The notes: generated from the sequence alone by a model not told the origin. A stretch of DNA of 38,036 nt from Verrucomicrobiota bacterium (GCA_018645275.1 JABGOW010000489.1:1-38036); one strand, 5' to 3'; counted from the first letter of the stretch, positions 20,175 through 30,388 are shown. Numbers and translations: made by a program.

Positions 20175-21035
20175 ATGCAAGTCGAGATATCAAGAACAGA
20201 GCTGCCAGTAATAGACCGGGTTGGACACTTTCCCCTGCTCAATCCGGTTTTCGATTTCACATATAGAAACCCAACGAACGCCCTGCACCTATACGACTAC
20301 CACGGTCGTGTACGTATTGGCTCAAACGAATATGCAGTCAGCCCAGGCGACATCACCTGCATCCAAAACGGAACTGTCTATGGTTGCAGCTCAGAAACTC
20401 CAGGAAAACACTGGTGCATCCACTACTACGACACCCCTGGAAAAGCGACAGGAACTCTGGAGATTCCCCCCTTCATACGAATGGGAGCAAACAGCATCTT
20501 TTATCGCGAACAGTTTCAGCTGATCAACCGCCTCAGTTACAACCATAAAAACCGCAGGGACGACGACTCGGTCAAACTGGAAGCACAATTCCGGCTTAAG
20601 GCGCTGCTCCTCTCCCTGCATAATCTAACATCAGGTCGGGCGACGACCAGGCGAAGCAGCAATTTCTCATGGGAAGAGCTTCTCGGATGGCTTGATGAAA
20701 ATCTTGATCAACCAATCTCTGTGCATGCCCTGGCTGAACGCGCCAATCTGGGAGCAAGCACCTTAGCGAAGAAATTCAAACAGGCGCACAAGACCACTCT
20801 GAGCCGGTACCTGCTGCACCGTCGCATCGACAAGGCCAAATCACTTCTCGCCAACACCACCCTCACCATCTACGAAGTAGGCTCCTCCGTAGGAATCCCT
20901 GACCCCCAGTATTTCAACAAGCAGTTCCGAAAGGTAACCGGCATCAGTCCCAGCCGCTACCGTGACGATAACATGGAATATCTGCGCAATATCTCAGATG
21001 AGCTGGCCACCAGGGACGGGGCGTGGCAGAAATGA
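20175..21035 (+). CDS. AraC family transcriptional regulator
   Basis: Cupin-like N-terminus, C-terminal double HTH (RIDKAKSLL, VGIPDPQYFNKQFRKVTGISPSRYR). Divergent from the UroD-ROK-MFS-GH92 operon. Confidence 0.93.
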   Translation: MQVEISRTELPVIDRVGHFPLLNPVFDFTYRNPTNALHLYDYHGRVRIGSNEYAVSPGDITCIQNGTVYGCSSETPGKHWCIHYYDTPGKATGTLEIPPFIRMGANSIFYREQFQLINRLSYNHKNRRDDDSVKLEAQFRLKALLLSLHNLTSGRATTRRSSNFSWEELLGWLDENLDQPISVHALAERANLGASTLAKKFKQAHKTTLSRYLLHRRIDKAKSLLANTTLTIYEVGSSVGIPDPQYFNKQFRKVTGISPSRYRDDNMEYLRNISDELATRDGAWQK

Positions 21036-21275
21036 TGCGGCATGGAATCCATTCGCGGCCTCAGTGCTACTCTAGCAGGAAACGCCCGGTACTGACCGCT
21101 ATTTGACATACAGGACGGTCCCCGATGGAGGCGGTATCTCGGTTACGCTCTTTCTCCGGCTCTTTGCTTCTTCGGGGCCTCGAGGCGGGGACGCCGGGTG
21201 GTTTAATCCCCTACAAAGCAAATGCCTCACTATGGCGGTTTGACTCATCCCGTGTACGTTTGATACACCTATTCC

Positions 21276-22283
21276 ATGCCAACAATCGACGAAATTGCAC
21301 GGCTGGCGGGGGTCTCTATCGGGACCGTGTCGCGGGTCATTAACAAGAGGGACAAGGTCCGCCCTGAAACCCGCGAGCGGATCCAGGCCTTAATCGATCA
21401 GCTCGGCTACCAACCCAGTGCGGCGGCCCGGAATCTCGCATCACGTCGGACGCAGAGCATCATGTTGATCGTTCCCAACGTGACCGACAACTACTATGCC
21501 CGGCTCATCCGCCGTATGCTGCAGCTCGGACGCGAACACGACCAACGCATCTGGCTGGGCGTCTCCGACGGGGAGCCGGATGTTGAAGCCCGCTACCTGT
21601 CGGAAGCGCACGAGGGAAATGTCGACGGGCTCATCGTCTCCTCCCTGCTGGCCGAGGAGAACACCCCGCACTTCCTCGCCCTCGCTCACCGGAAGTTCCC
21701 CGTCGTCCACATGAGCAACGAGTGCCTGAACCCACGCATGAATGCGGTGATCTACGACGACATCGCCGGGGCCAAGCTGGCCATGCAGCACCTCTTCGAC
21801 AAGGGGCATACCCGCATCGCTTTCTGTGGTGCAACCGCACACTTTCGGACGGTCCGCGAGCGCATTCGAGGGTATCGCGAGAGCATGGCGCAGGCCGGCT
21901 ATCCGGTTGACCCCGCCTGGCTCCTCGTTACAGAAACGCGACTCGAGGAGTGGCCTTGGGAGAACTTTGACAACCTGTTCGGCACCAAGCCCCCCCCCAC
22001 CGCGATCTTTGCCGAGAACGACGTCATGGCGATCGCCTGCCTCCGGCGTTTGCGTGCCTCCAGCCGACACATCCCGGAAGATGTCGCGGTCGTCGGCTTC
22101 GACAACACCTACCCGCGCCATGCGGTTGAGCAGCCCTTGACAACCATCGCGCTTCCTCTCTCCGACGCCTGCCGAACCGCCATGGAGATTCTCCTCAAAG
22201 AGATTGGGCAGCCCAAGGAGGAACGCACCGGCAACACAGTCAAGATGCTGCCCCCGTCCCTCGTTGTCGGCAAAACGACCTGA
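21276..22283 (+). CDS. LacI family transcriptional regulator
   Basis: TIDEIARLAGVSIGTVSRVIN HTH, YQPSAAARNL hinge, IPEDVAVVGFDN and PLTTI. Confidence 0.95.
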   Translation: MPTIDEIARLAGVSIGTVSRVINKRDKVRPETRERIQALIDQLGYQPSAAARNLASRRTQSIMLIVPNVTDNYYARLIRRMLQLGREHDQRIWLGVSDGEPDVEARYLSEAHEGNVDGLIVSSLLAEENTPHFLALAHRKFPVVHMSNECLNPRMNAVIYDDIAGAKLAMQHLFDKGHTRIAFCGATAHFRTVRERIRGYRESMAQAGYPVDPAWLLVTETRLEEWPWENFDNLFGTKPPPTAIFAENDVMAIACLRRLRASSRHIPEDVAVVGFDNTYPRHAVEQPLTTIALPLSDACRTAMEILLKEIGQPKEERTGNTVKMLPPSLVVGKTT

Positions 22284-22319
22284 CCCCGGCGCCAGAGGCT
22301 TCGCCACCGTCAGCAGCGG

Positions 22320-22545
22320 CTTGACGGATCGGGGCAAACTGCAGCATGGGCGCATCCACCGGAATCCACGTTATGCCATAGTCGCTATTGGCTATGTTCA
22401 CCCAGCGCTGCACACAGAAGAAGTTCCGGTTGGCCCCGACCGTTCCTGACCAAATCGCCCGCCATGGACTGCTCACGACTGAGGATAACCAGCTCGCTAC
22501 GCTCCCAGGACGTGGTGTTGTACACATCAACGTCCAGGTTCTGCT
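22320..22545 (-). pseudogene. Internally deleted GH38-like alpha-mannosidase remnant
   Basis: DVDVYNTTSWERSELVILSRE..GDLV in one frame joins GANRNFFCVQRWVNIANSDYGITWIPVDAPMLQF in another. Both resemble segments normally far apart in GH38 C-terminal regions (recognised from memory). Confidence 0.6.
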
Positions 22546-22618
22546 GCGTCTACACGGCAATACCACCAACCACACATCACCTCAGACAGGGGCTTCAGCT
22601 AGACAACACCGACCCTAA

Positions 22619-22731
22619 TCATAGCGCTTCCAGTTTTCCGTATCAAGGGCCAGGTGGATCCACTTCTGGCGACGCCCCCCCAGCAAACTGGCAAAAAACT
22701 TGTTGCACACCTAGACTCATAGCGCTACAAT
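22619..22731 (+). promoter_or_regulatory. Sigma70 promoter with two LacI-type operators
   Basis: TTGCAC (22703-08), N17, TACAAT (22726-31). TCATAGCGCTACA (22717-29) overlaps the -10. A second TCATAGCGCTTC lies at 22619. Confidence 0.7.
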
Positions 22732-22804
22732 CCTTGACAGTTAAGTGATGGAATTGCCTGTTCACGGTGAACAGCAAAGAACAAGAAACCAGGGAGGTAT
22801 AGAT

Positions 22805-24208
22805 ATGAGATCCAATAGTCCAATCCTTGCGGTCATCGTTGGCCTCATTGTGACAAGCATGCTGTGGGCGTCCTCGGCTATGGCTGCGGAGCTGACCAAG
22901 TACAGCTTTGAGGACAACGCCAACGACACGGCAGTCGGCGACACGCACGACGATTCGCTGAGCATGAGCGGGACAGTCAGCTATGTGCAGGGCCTTGTGG
23001 GCAAAGCCGCGTCCTTCACGGCTGGTAACTACTTTGTCGTCACAAACTCCAGCGATCTCAACCTGGGCACAGCGCCCTGGACCATCGAGGCATTTTTCAA
23101 GGTACCAGACCAACCCTCTTGGTCAGCCGTTTGCGCGAGCAAGTGGGATCAGGGGGCTCCTTCCGGCTACTTCTTCGGTTTACACGATTCGGACCAGAAA
23201 GTTGTTTTGGATAATGACAGTGGCATCGACGGGACAGCCGGGGATCCACTGGATGATGGCAAGTGGCATCATGTGCTCATCTCGAACAACGGAAACGGCG
23301 GTGACTCTGCCGGGGTGAAATGCTGGGTTGACGGCACAAACATCCAATCGGCGAACGGTTACAGCGAGGATGGCCCCGATGGGTATTTCTATGTCGGAGT
23401 TTCAAGTTCGAGCGGGAACTGGCCCTTCCCTGGAGTTGTTGACGAGCTTATCATTCACGACGAAGTCAAGGATTCTAATTATGTCGCCGAGAGAGTGGAA
23501 CTTCTAGCTGACGCGAGCATACTGACCCGCTGGTCCTTTGAGGGCAACGCCGAAGACAGCGGCCCGAGCGGGACCACTGCCGATGATCTGACTATTACCA
23601 ATGGCACCGTCACGTTCGTTGACGGTGTCCCCGGCATGGATGGCACCCAAGCCGTAAATTTCGGGGACGATGACGCTTACATGCGATTCAGCACCTTTCC
23701 CACCCCGGCGGATATCCGACTCCTGGCTGAACCCTGGACCGTTGAGCTGTTCATCAAAGTCCCGGCGGAGGCATCAACCTCATGGCAGTGCGTTCTGTCA
23801 TCTGATTACTCGCATGGCGGGTACTTCATTGGGCTGAAACACACAGACGAATATCTGACCAAGATTGGCAGCAGCAGCGGCATCACGGCAGTAGGTCCCG
23901 CGCTGGACGATGATGAGTGGCACCACATCATGATCACGAACAATGGAGACACCGATGACGCAAGCGGCTACAAGTACTGGGTAGACGGCGTCAATACAGC
24001 CAGCGGCTACGGCATCGACCACGCCGAAACCACGGCAGAGTACGGCAACTGGTTCACCATCGGCTGTGCAGGATGGGACACGGTCCACCAATTCGAGGGC
24101 ACGGTGGATGAAGTCATCTACCACAACGAGGTCAAAGACGCCTCGTATGTGGCTGTGCGGGCAGAGCTCAGGCTGCCGCCTCAAGGGACGGTGATCACGA
24201 TCCTCTAG
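22805..24208 (+). CDS. Secreted protein with two LamG/ConA-like jelly-roll domains and a C-terminal PPQGTVITIL tail
   Basis: GGAGG precedes ATG 22805, then a signal peptide. The pattern YSFE/WSFE..WTxE..DDxxWHH..VDG..GxVDE occurs twice. Confidence 0.85.
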   Translation: MRSNSPILAVIVGLIVTSMLWASSAMAAELTKYSFEDNANDTAVGDTHDDSLSMSGTVSYVQGLVGKAASFTAGNYFVVTNSSDLNLGTAPWTIEAFFKVPDQPSWSAVCASKWDQGAPSGYFFGLHDSDQKVVLDNDSGIDGTAGDPLDDGKWHHVLISNNGNGGDSAGVKCWVDGTNIQSANGYSEDGPDGYFYVGVSSSSGNWPFPGVVDELIIHDEVKDSNYVAERVELLADASILTRWSFEGNAEDSGPSGTTADDLTITNGTVTFVDGVPGMDGTQAVNFGDDDAYMRFSTFPTPADIRLLAEPWTVELFIKVPAEASTSWQCVLSSDYSHGGYFIGLKHTDEYLTKIGSSSGITAVGPALDDDEWHHIMITNNGDTDDASGYKYWVDGVNTASGYGIDHAETTAEYGNWFTIGCAGWDTVHQFEGTVDEVIYHNEVKDASYVAVRAELRLPPQGTVITIL

Positions 24209-24271
24209 GGCCTCCCCTGCAAACTCAATCAAGAGCATCGGCGCCCATCCGAGAGAGCGAGCGAAGAGAGC

Positions 24272-24335
24272 GGGGTCAGGCCTGAATGGCACTTTATGTT
24301 GCGCGCAACATAAAGCGCCATTCAGGCCTGACCCC
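24272..24335. repeat. 64-bp near-perfect palindrome (GGGGTCAG...CTGACCCC) between convergent genes; REP-like, possible bidirectional terminator
   Basis: GGGGTCAGGCCTGAATGGCACTTTATGTTGCGCGCAACATAAAGCGCCATTCAGGCCTGACCCC, one mismatched pair. Confidence 0.85.
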
Positions 24336-24361
24336 TCTTACTCCTGTGTGCGTTCATGCGC

Positions 24362-25753
24362 TTACTTGGAAAAGAAGCGTTGCTGGTGTGCACGGGCCAG
24401 TGCTTCCAGGCGTTTGGCTTCCTCCGGGTAAGCGTCGATGACATTGGTAGTTTCGTAGGGGTCGTTCTCCATATCGAAGAGCGACAGTGCGATCTCCTTC
24501 CTGGCGTATCGGCCCGGCTTGCCGTCCTTACCCGGCGTCACCAGCGTCCGGTAGCCGTGGGGCAGATGCAGCTTCCATTTGCCGTCACCGGTGATTATCC
24601 CTTCGAATGTGCCCACTGTTGAGAAGCCATAATACTCGTGGGGATTCACGGATCCCGGCTGCCCGCAAACCACATCCCAGATATCCTTGCCGTCAATCTC
24701 ATGAGCCGGCAGCTCCGCGCCCGCCAGGGCTGCGATCGTCGGAAAGAGGTCTATCGAACAGAACATCCTGTCACTCCTGCTCCCGGCCGCAATACGTTTC
24801 GGCCACTTCATGATGCAGGGACTGCGCGTGCCACCGTCGAACCCAGTGGCCTTGGCTTCCCGGTAGGGCGTGACGCCGGCATGATTGCCGTAACTGACCC
24901 ACGGGCCATTATCCGAGGAGAAGATAACTAGGGTATCATCTGCCACACCCGCGGTTTCCAATGCTCTGGTAATCTCACCGACTGACCAGTCAATCTCCAT
25001 CATCACATCAGCATAGAGCCCCTGCCCCGACTTCCCTTCAAACTTATCACTGCAGAATATCGGCACGTGGGGCATCGAATGCGGAACGTAGAGAAAGAAA
25101 GGCTCGTATGCATGGCGCTTGATAAAGTCTACGGCGTGCTCAGTAAACCAGGTTGTTAGCAGCTTCTGCTGCGTGCCCGTCACATCTTCAATGGCAATCT
25201 TCCCGTTCTCCCAGAACTGTAGCGGACAGTTGTCAAAACGACGCGAGCTGGGATGAAATCGCCACATGTCGTTGGAATACATCAGCCCACACGATTCGTC
25301 GAACCCGCGTGCCGGCGGCCGCGTCTCAGGGAGATCGCCTAAATGCCATTTGCCGAATACCGCCGTGGCATACCCCACCCCCTTCAGAAGCTGGCCCATT
25401 GTAGTCCACTTCGGGTCCAACCCTTTGGCGCGGGGAGGATGGGCCCCGAACACCTTGGTTCTCCCCGGATAACACCCGGTCATCAGCGCCGCCCGTGAGG
25501 CCGAGCAAATAGCCTGCGGCACGTGGAAATTGCTAAAACAGCGCCCCTCCCTGGCCAGTTGTTCAACATGCGGCGTCGGATAGGCTGTCTCGCCAAAGGG
25601 CCTGAAATCGCCAAAACCCGCATCATCCAGAAAGATGATCACCACGTTCGGCGGCCGCGGCGTCTCCTCCGCAGCCATGACGCCCGACGCCGCCACAAGC
25701 ATGCCCAATGCCGCAATCTGCATGAATCGCTTTCGGAATGACTCTCTCTTCAT
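24362..25753 (-). CDS. S1 sulfatase (arylsulfatase A-like)
   Basis: GAGGAG precedes MKRESF (25753). Motifs PNVVIIFLDD, CSASRAALMTG, GKWHLG, HSMPHVP and SDNGPW. Confidence 0.93.
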   Translation of the reverse strand: MKRESFRKRFMQIAALGMLVAASGVMAAEETPRPPNVVIIFLDDAGFGDFRPFGETAYPTPHVEQLAREGRCFSNFHVPQAICSASRAALMTGCYPGRTKVFGAHPPRAKGLDPKWTTMGQLLKGVGYATAVFGKWHLGDLPETRPPARGFDESCGLMYSNDMWRFHPSSRRFDNCPLQFWENGKIAIEDVTGTQQKLLTTWFTEHAVDFIKRHAYEPFFLYVPHSMPHVPIFCSDKFEGKSGQGLYADVMMEIDWSVGEITRALETAGVADDTLVIFSSDNGPWVSYGNHAGVTPYREAKATGFDGGTRSPCIMKWPKRIAAGSRSDRMFCSIDLFPTIAALAGAELPAHEIDGKDIWDVVCGQPGSVNPHEYYGFSTVGTFEGIITGDGKWKLHLPHGYRTLVTPGKDGKPGRYARKEIALSLFDMENDPYETTNVIDAYPEEAKRLEALARAHQQRFFSK

Positions 25754-25811
25754 ATCAGCTCCTCGTTCAGTGTGTGTGCAACCGGAGTCCGATGAATGGC
25801 AATCAGGAAGG

Positions 25812-27611
25812 CTACAGGCGCGTAACGTAGATGTAGTATGCTCCTGCGATCGTTTTGCCCTGCGGGTCGAGCATTGTTCCTTTGACCTGCGTTGCACCTT
25901 GCTTCAGCGGAATCTCAAATACAACTTGCTTGTCCTTATCGCTCACCTGCCGAACTTCAGAGAAGCCACCGACCTCCAGTTTGATCGCAGCAACAGGCAG
26001 GGCCTTCATCGTGTTTCCATAGATCAGCTTGTCCTTACCGCCTTTCGCGTCCCACGCATCGACTTCTTTCTTGAACACGGGAACGCCCTGGATCGGGGCA
26101 TTTGCTTCGCGCGGCCATCGGCGGACCTCAAACCGATATGACCCTTCTTCCGCGATGGCGATATCCCAGGCACCGATGCGGTTTGGGCCCTTGGCGACCT
26201 CGGCGTGGTTCCAGGGCACGGACGGCAAATACCAGTCAGCTGGTTGAAGGAGCGTTTCACGATCATTCGGATGTCCGACAATGAATCGAGGCTTGTCTCG
26301 ATCTCCCGGACACACCCGTTCCCAGTAGGCTTTGTGCTGCTGCCGAATCGTTTCAACGACCTCAGGATGCTGTTGGATGACATTGGTCTCCTGGCCGGGA
26401 TCTTTTGAGATGTCATAGAGCTCTTTGTTGTTTATCAGACGCCATCGTTTCGTCATCCCTACGGTTTTGGCCCAGGACTTGGGTTTGAACGTTCGTTGGG
26501 TTTCGACGAACAGGGTCCGCTCCGGTAAGTCCAGATCCGGCTGAAAGAGTTGTTGCTTGAAACTGCGTCCATCAAAATCCACCGCGCGTTCGGGGGACAA
26601 ACCACACAACTCGATCAGAGTCGGAAGAAGATCTATGTGTGCAGTCAGATCAAATACATCTGTGCCGTGCTTCAATTTGCCCTTGGGCCAATGCATGAAG
26701 AACGGCACCCGATGCCCCCCATCGTATACCTGGCACTTTCTCCCTCGCATACCGGCATTGAACAGCTTCACCCCCGTCGTGCCGCCGTTGTCAGTCATGA
26801 ACATGAGAATTGTACTATCAGCCTTACCGGATGCTTTGAGAGCCCGACGCAAGCGGCCTATATTTCGGTCTATGCGGCCGATACCGGCAAAGAAGTAGGC
26901 CTCTTCTTCCGAGACCTGTGAGTCGTACTTCTTGATCCATGATGTGTTCGGCAAGGTATGCGGAGTGTGGGGCATGTAGGTGGCAAGGTATGCAAAGAAT
27001 GGCTTGTCGTTATGATCGCTCTCATTAATGAAATCTATCGCCGCATTGAAGAACACGTCCGGAGCGTACCCATCCCGCTGAACCCGCTCGCCGTTGTGCC
27101 AGTAGTGATCGTTCACCCGGTCATTGTCAAACCAATCGTCGGTGGTGCCGGTGCCGCCGTCACCCTGCCCCAACCATTCGTCGAACCCGCGATCCATGGG
27201 TCGATAGGGATAGTTGGAGCCCAGGTGCCATTTCCCAAACATGCCGGTTCGGTAACCGGATGCCCTAAACACATCTGCCATAGTCATCTCCGATGCACGC
27301 AAATGGTTTCCTCCTGCGATGGTATGCCACACTCCTGCGCGATGAGAATACTTCCCCGTTAAGAGGGCTCCCCGGCTAGGTGCGCAAGTTGGGTCAACGT
27401 GGAAGTCGGTGAATCGAACAGACTCGTCGTGCAGTTTATCCAGGTTGGGCGTCTCAAGCACCGGGTTGCCATGACAACTCAGATCACCGTATCCCTGGTC
27501 ATCTGTAACAATCAGGATGACGTTGGGTGATTGTGATGCCGAAACAAGCGATGCAAATAGCAACGAAGTGAAAAGCATCAACGCCAGAGCAACTCGACTT
27601 TTGATTTGCAT
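25812..27611 (-). CDS. S1 arylsulfatase with a C-terminal beta-domain
   Basis: Signal peptide, PNVILIVTDDQG, CAPSRGALLTG, GKWHLG, TDNG and RRWPRE. Confidence 0.93.
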   Translation of the reverse strand: MQIKSRVALALMLFTSLLFASLVSASQSPNVILIVTDDQGYGDLSCHGNPVLETPNLDKLHDESVRFTDFHVDPTCAPSRGALLTGKYSHRAGVWHTIAGGNHLRASEMTMADVFRASGYRTGMFGKWHLGSNYPYRPMDRGFDEWLGQGDGGTGTTDDWFDNDRVNDHYWHNGERVQRDGYAPDVFFNAAIDFINESDHNDKPFFAYLATYMPHTPHTLPNTSWIKKYDSQVSEEEAYFFAGIGRIDRNIGRLRRALKASGKADSTILMFMTDNGGTTGVKLFNAGMRGRKCQVYDGGHRVPFFMHWPKGKLKHGTDVFDLTAHIDLLPTLIELCGLSPERAVDFDGRSFKQQLFQPDLDLPERTLFVETQRTFKPKSWAKTVGMTKRWRLINNKELYDISKDPGQETNVIQQHPEVVETIRQQHKAYWERVCPGDRDKPRFIVGHPNDRETLLQPADWYLPSVPWNHAEVAKGPNRIGAWDIAIAEEGSYRFEVRRWPREANAPIQGVPVFKKEVDAWDAKGGKDKLIYGNTMKALPVAAIKLEVGGFSEVRQVSDKDKQVVFEIPLKQGATQVKGTMLDPQGKTIAGAYYIYVTRL

Positions 27612-27674
27612 ATGGTCTCCTCTGGAATGCCTGACCCGCCCCCGATGGCGCTAACCTAAACGCCTATTCCAGTA

Positions 27675-27765
27675 CTTTGTCGCGAGCCTTGTCGCGAGCT
27701 TTGTCGACTCTTCTCTCAGACTCATGCTCTTTTCGACAAAGCTCAGGACAAAGCTCGCGACAAAG
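27675..27765. repeat. 12-bp unit (CTTTGTCGCGAG) tandem array with an inverted counterpart
   Basis: About 3 TTGTCG units, a spacer, then 3 GACAAAG units forming a long stem. Confidence 0.85.
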
Positions 27766-27799
27766 GTGCCTCTCGTGACTGCGTGACTCCGGGTGGGCT

Positions 27800-30388
27800 T
27801 TAAATGCCCGGGGTCACATCAATCGCTTTCTTCACTTTAGCTTTGTAGCCCTTCACGAGGCGCGGAACCTTGCGAGGCATAGGCTTCATCTTCTCAATCG
27901 GATTCGCTTCGATCATTTTCCCGGCTTCCAGGAGAACGGATATGGCGTCTGCCTGCACCACGCCGTTGCCATCCGGGCCTACATTGAGCAGCAGATTGCC
28001 GCCCTTCATGTTCACATCCTTGAGCTTCTCATAGACCGTGGCCGCATCTTTCCACTCGTCGTCACCCTTCCTGTATCCCCAGGAATCGTTCATGGTGTAA
28101 CAGGCCTCCCAATGGTTTTCTGCTTTCGCAGCGTCAAAATGTCTTTGTTCTTTGGTGAGGAAGTCGGCTTCAAACGCTTTGCGTTTGCCGACACGGTTGT
28201 TCATGATGACGTGCGAACTCGCGTTACGAAGGGCGTTGTAGAGGTCAATTCCGTCCTCAACGGTCCACCACTCAACCCACTCACCATCAAACCAAAGAAT
28301 GGACGGGTCGTAATTCTCAATCAGCTCCAGAAGTTGGTTCTTCTGGTAGTCGACATACGTCTGCTTGTCACTGCCTTTGCCGCGATCGCTGAGAAAGGTA
28401 CGTCCCCAGCGCCAATTCGGGGTCTTTTTCTGCAAACTCGGCACCTGTGTCGGGTGATTCCAATCCAGCACACTGTAGTAGAGACCGAACTTTAAGCCGT
28501 GTTTCTTGCAGGCTTCGTTGAGCTCGGCAAGGATGTCGCGTCCTTTGAACGGTGTACTGGCAACATCAAAGTCGGTATATTTGCTATCCCAAAGGCAAAA
28601 GCCGTCGTGGTGCTTTGACGTAATGACCAGGTACTTCATTCCCGCTGCCTTGGCGGTGCGGACAATGCGATCGGCATCAAATTGAGTCGGATTAAAATCC
28701 TTGATCACTTCCGCATATTCTTCGCGGGGAATTTCCAAATTGGCGGAGATCCACTCTGAATACTTGCCAGGCATCTTCTGCCCCTTGAACTCGCCACCTA
28801 ACTGAGAATAGACACCGAAATGAATGAACATGCCGTATTGTGCATCCACAAACCATTGCATGCGCTTGTTGTAGGCCTCGAGAGACTCCTCAATAAAGGT
28901 CGAGGGACCGGCGGCCGAGGGAGCCTTTGAAGACGACTGCTTGACCGCGCGTGACAGGAAAGGCGACTCAAGGGAAACCTTGATCACGGTATCATGCTCG
29001 TCGATTGCCTTGGCCGGCAGACCAATCAGGAGGGTTGCCCCTCTCTGGGAGAGCGAAACCTTCTGATCAGTTCCCTCGGGTGCAAGGAAGGCTGCTGAGG
29101 CGGCCTCAGCCCCCACCCCGTCGACACGTAGTTTACCATCGGACGGCCACTCCATGACGTGCAGGTAGAGACTCTTTCCATCCTTCGACAGGGAGGCATC
29201 GCCCCATTCCGGTCGGGAAGGTAGCGGGTTCGCCTTGGTGTCGTAAATCGATTCATGGTTATCACGCATCCAGTCGCCAATACCAGAGAACGACTCGACC
29301 GCCTTGGGATCAATCTTGCCATTCCCCATCGGGCCGCAGTTGAGAAGGTAGTTGCCCCCGGCACAGACCGTGTGGACCATGCGGTGGATGAGATCCTGAA
29401 GAGAGTGGTAATGGTGTTCGCCATGGGCCTTGTAGCCATAGGCTGAACTCACACTATCAGGTGACTCGGTGGTCAGAGGGAGCTTCTTCCATGGGACCTC
29501 TTTGTCGCCCAGCGAGATGTAGTCGAACATCTCGAGCATCTCCGGCGTGACGACCTGTTTGGAAGAGGCGCCAGCCATGGTGGAGAGACGGGAGTTGATG
29601 ACGCAATCGGGGTTGAGACGGCGCACGGCGTCGCCAAATAGGACGGCCCGCTCCCGGGTCATACCGCGGGGGGTGTCGAACCAGATGAGGTCGATCTGGT
29701 AGTTCTTAAGCAGCTCCTCGATCTGCGGCAGGGACTTGCGCGCGATGTAGGCGTCAATATCGGGTTCTCGATCTTCCGGCAGGTTGGGAAAGATGTCCTT
29801 GAGCGTCTTTTCACTGGTAAACGACGGGGAATCCGGGTCGCTCCAATCTTTGGCCTGCGAGTAATAGACCCCGAACTTCAGCCCATGCTTGTGGCAGGCC
29901 TCGGAGAGTTCCTTGATGATGTCGCGCTTGAAGGGCGAGGCATCCATTACATCGTAATCCGAGCAGGCGGAATCGAAGAGCGCGAAGCCATCGTGGTGCT
30001 TGGAGGTGATGACTACATAGCGCATGCCGGTGGCCTTGAAGATCTTTACCCACTCCTCGGCGTCGAAATCCGTGGGATTAAACAGACCTGCGACCTCCTT
30101 GCGGTACTCCTCGTAGGGGATACCGAGATCCTGCTGGATCCACTCGGAGTACCTATATGAGCCCACGCGGTCCTTGTATTTCCCGGCCAGCGTGGAATAG
30201 GCCCCGAAGTGGATAAATGCGCCGAACTTCGAATCGCGAAACCATTTGTTCAACCGTACCTCCGTTTCCGGAGGATGTTTCAGCGTGGAGGGCATGAGTT
30301 TGTCGAAGTCCTTGCTCCTTCTCTCCCCCGCATGGACGGAGACTACGCAAAGGAGGGCGAGTAGCAAGAAGATGAAAACTGTTTTCAT
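27800..30388 (-). CDS. Alpha-L-fucosidase with two tandem GH29 catalytic domains
   Basis: GGAG precedes MKTVFIF (30388). The set WF..xxFIHFG / SEWI / TSKHHDGF / WFD / GGNxLLNxGP occurs twice. Confidence 0.92.
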   Translation of the reverse strand: MKTVFIFLLLALLCVVSVHAGERRSKDFDKLMPSTLKHPPETEVRLNKWFRDSKFGAFIHFGAYSTLAGKYKDRVGSYRYSEWIQQDLGIPYEEYRKEVAGLFNPTDFDAEEWVKIFKATGMRYVVITSKHHDGFALFDSACSDYDVMDASPFKRDIIKELSEACHKHGLKFGVYYSQAKDWSDPDSPSFTSEKTLKDIFPNLPEDREPDIDAYIARKSLPQIEELLKNYQIDLIWFDTPRGMTRERAVLFGDAVRRLNPDCVINSRLSTMAGASSKQVVTPEMLEMFDYISLGDKEVPWKKLPLTTESPDSVSSAYGYKAHGEHHYHSLQDLIHRMVHTVCAGGNYLLNCGPMGNGKIDPKAVESFSGIGDWMRDNHESIYDTKANPLPSRPEWGDASLSKDGKSLYLHVMEWPSDGKLRVDGVGAEAASAAFLAPEGTDQKVSLSQRGATLLIGLPAKAIDEHDTVIKVSLESPFLSRAVKQSSSKAPSAAGPSTFIEESLEAYNKRMQWFVDAQYGMFIHFGVYSQLGGEFKGQKMPGKYSEWISANLEIPREEYAEVIKDFNPTQFDADRIVRTAKAAGMKYLVITSKHHDGFCLWDSKYTDFDVASTPFKGRDILAELNEACKKHGLKFGLYYSVLDWNHPTQVPSLQKKTPNWRWGRTFLSDRGKGSDKQTYVDYQKNQLLELIENYDPSILWFDGEWVEWWTVEDGIDLYNALRNASSHVIMNNRVGKRKAFEADFLTKEQRHFDAAKAENHWEACYTMNDSWGYRKGDDEWKDAATVYEKLKDVNMKGGNLLLNVGPDGNGVVQADAISVLLEAGKMIEANPIEKMKPMPRKVPRLVKGYKAKVKKAIDVTPGI

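Noticed and set aside
21441-22355. 304-aa minus-strand ORF over LacI
   Set aside because: Antisense shadow of a clear LacI gene.
25812-25850. Sulfatase C-terminus AGAYYIYVTRL as a fourth copy of the terminal motif
   Set aside because: Gly is at -10 rather than -7 and no Pro precedes it. It looks like the last strand of the enzyme's own domain.
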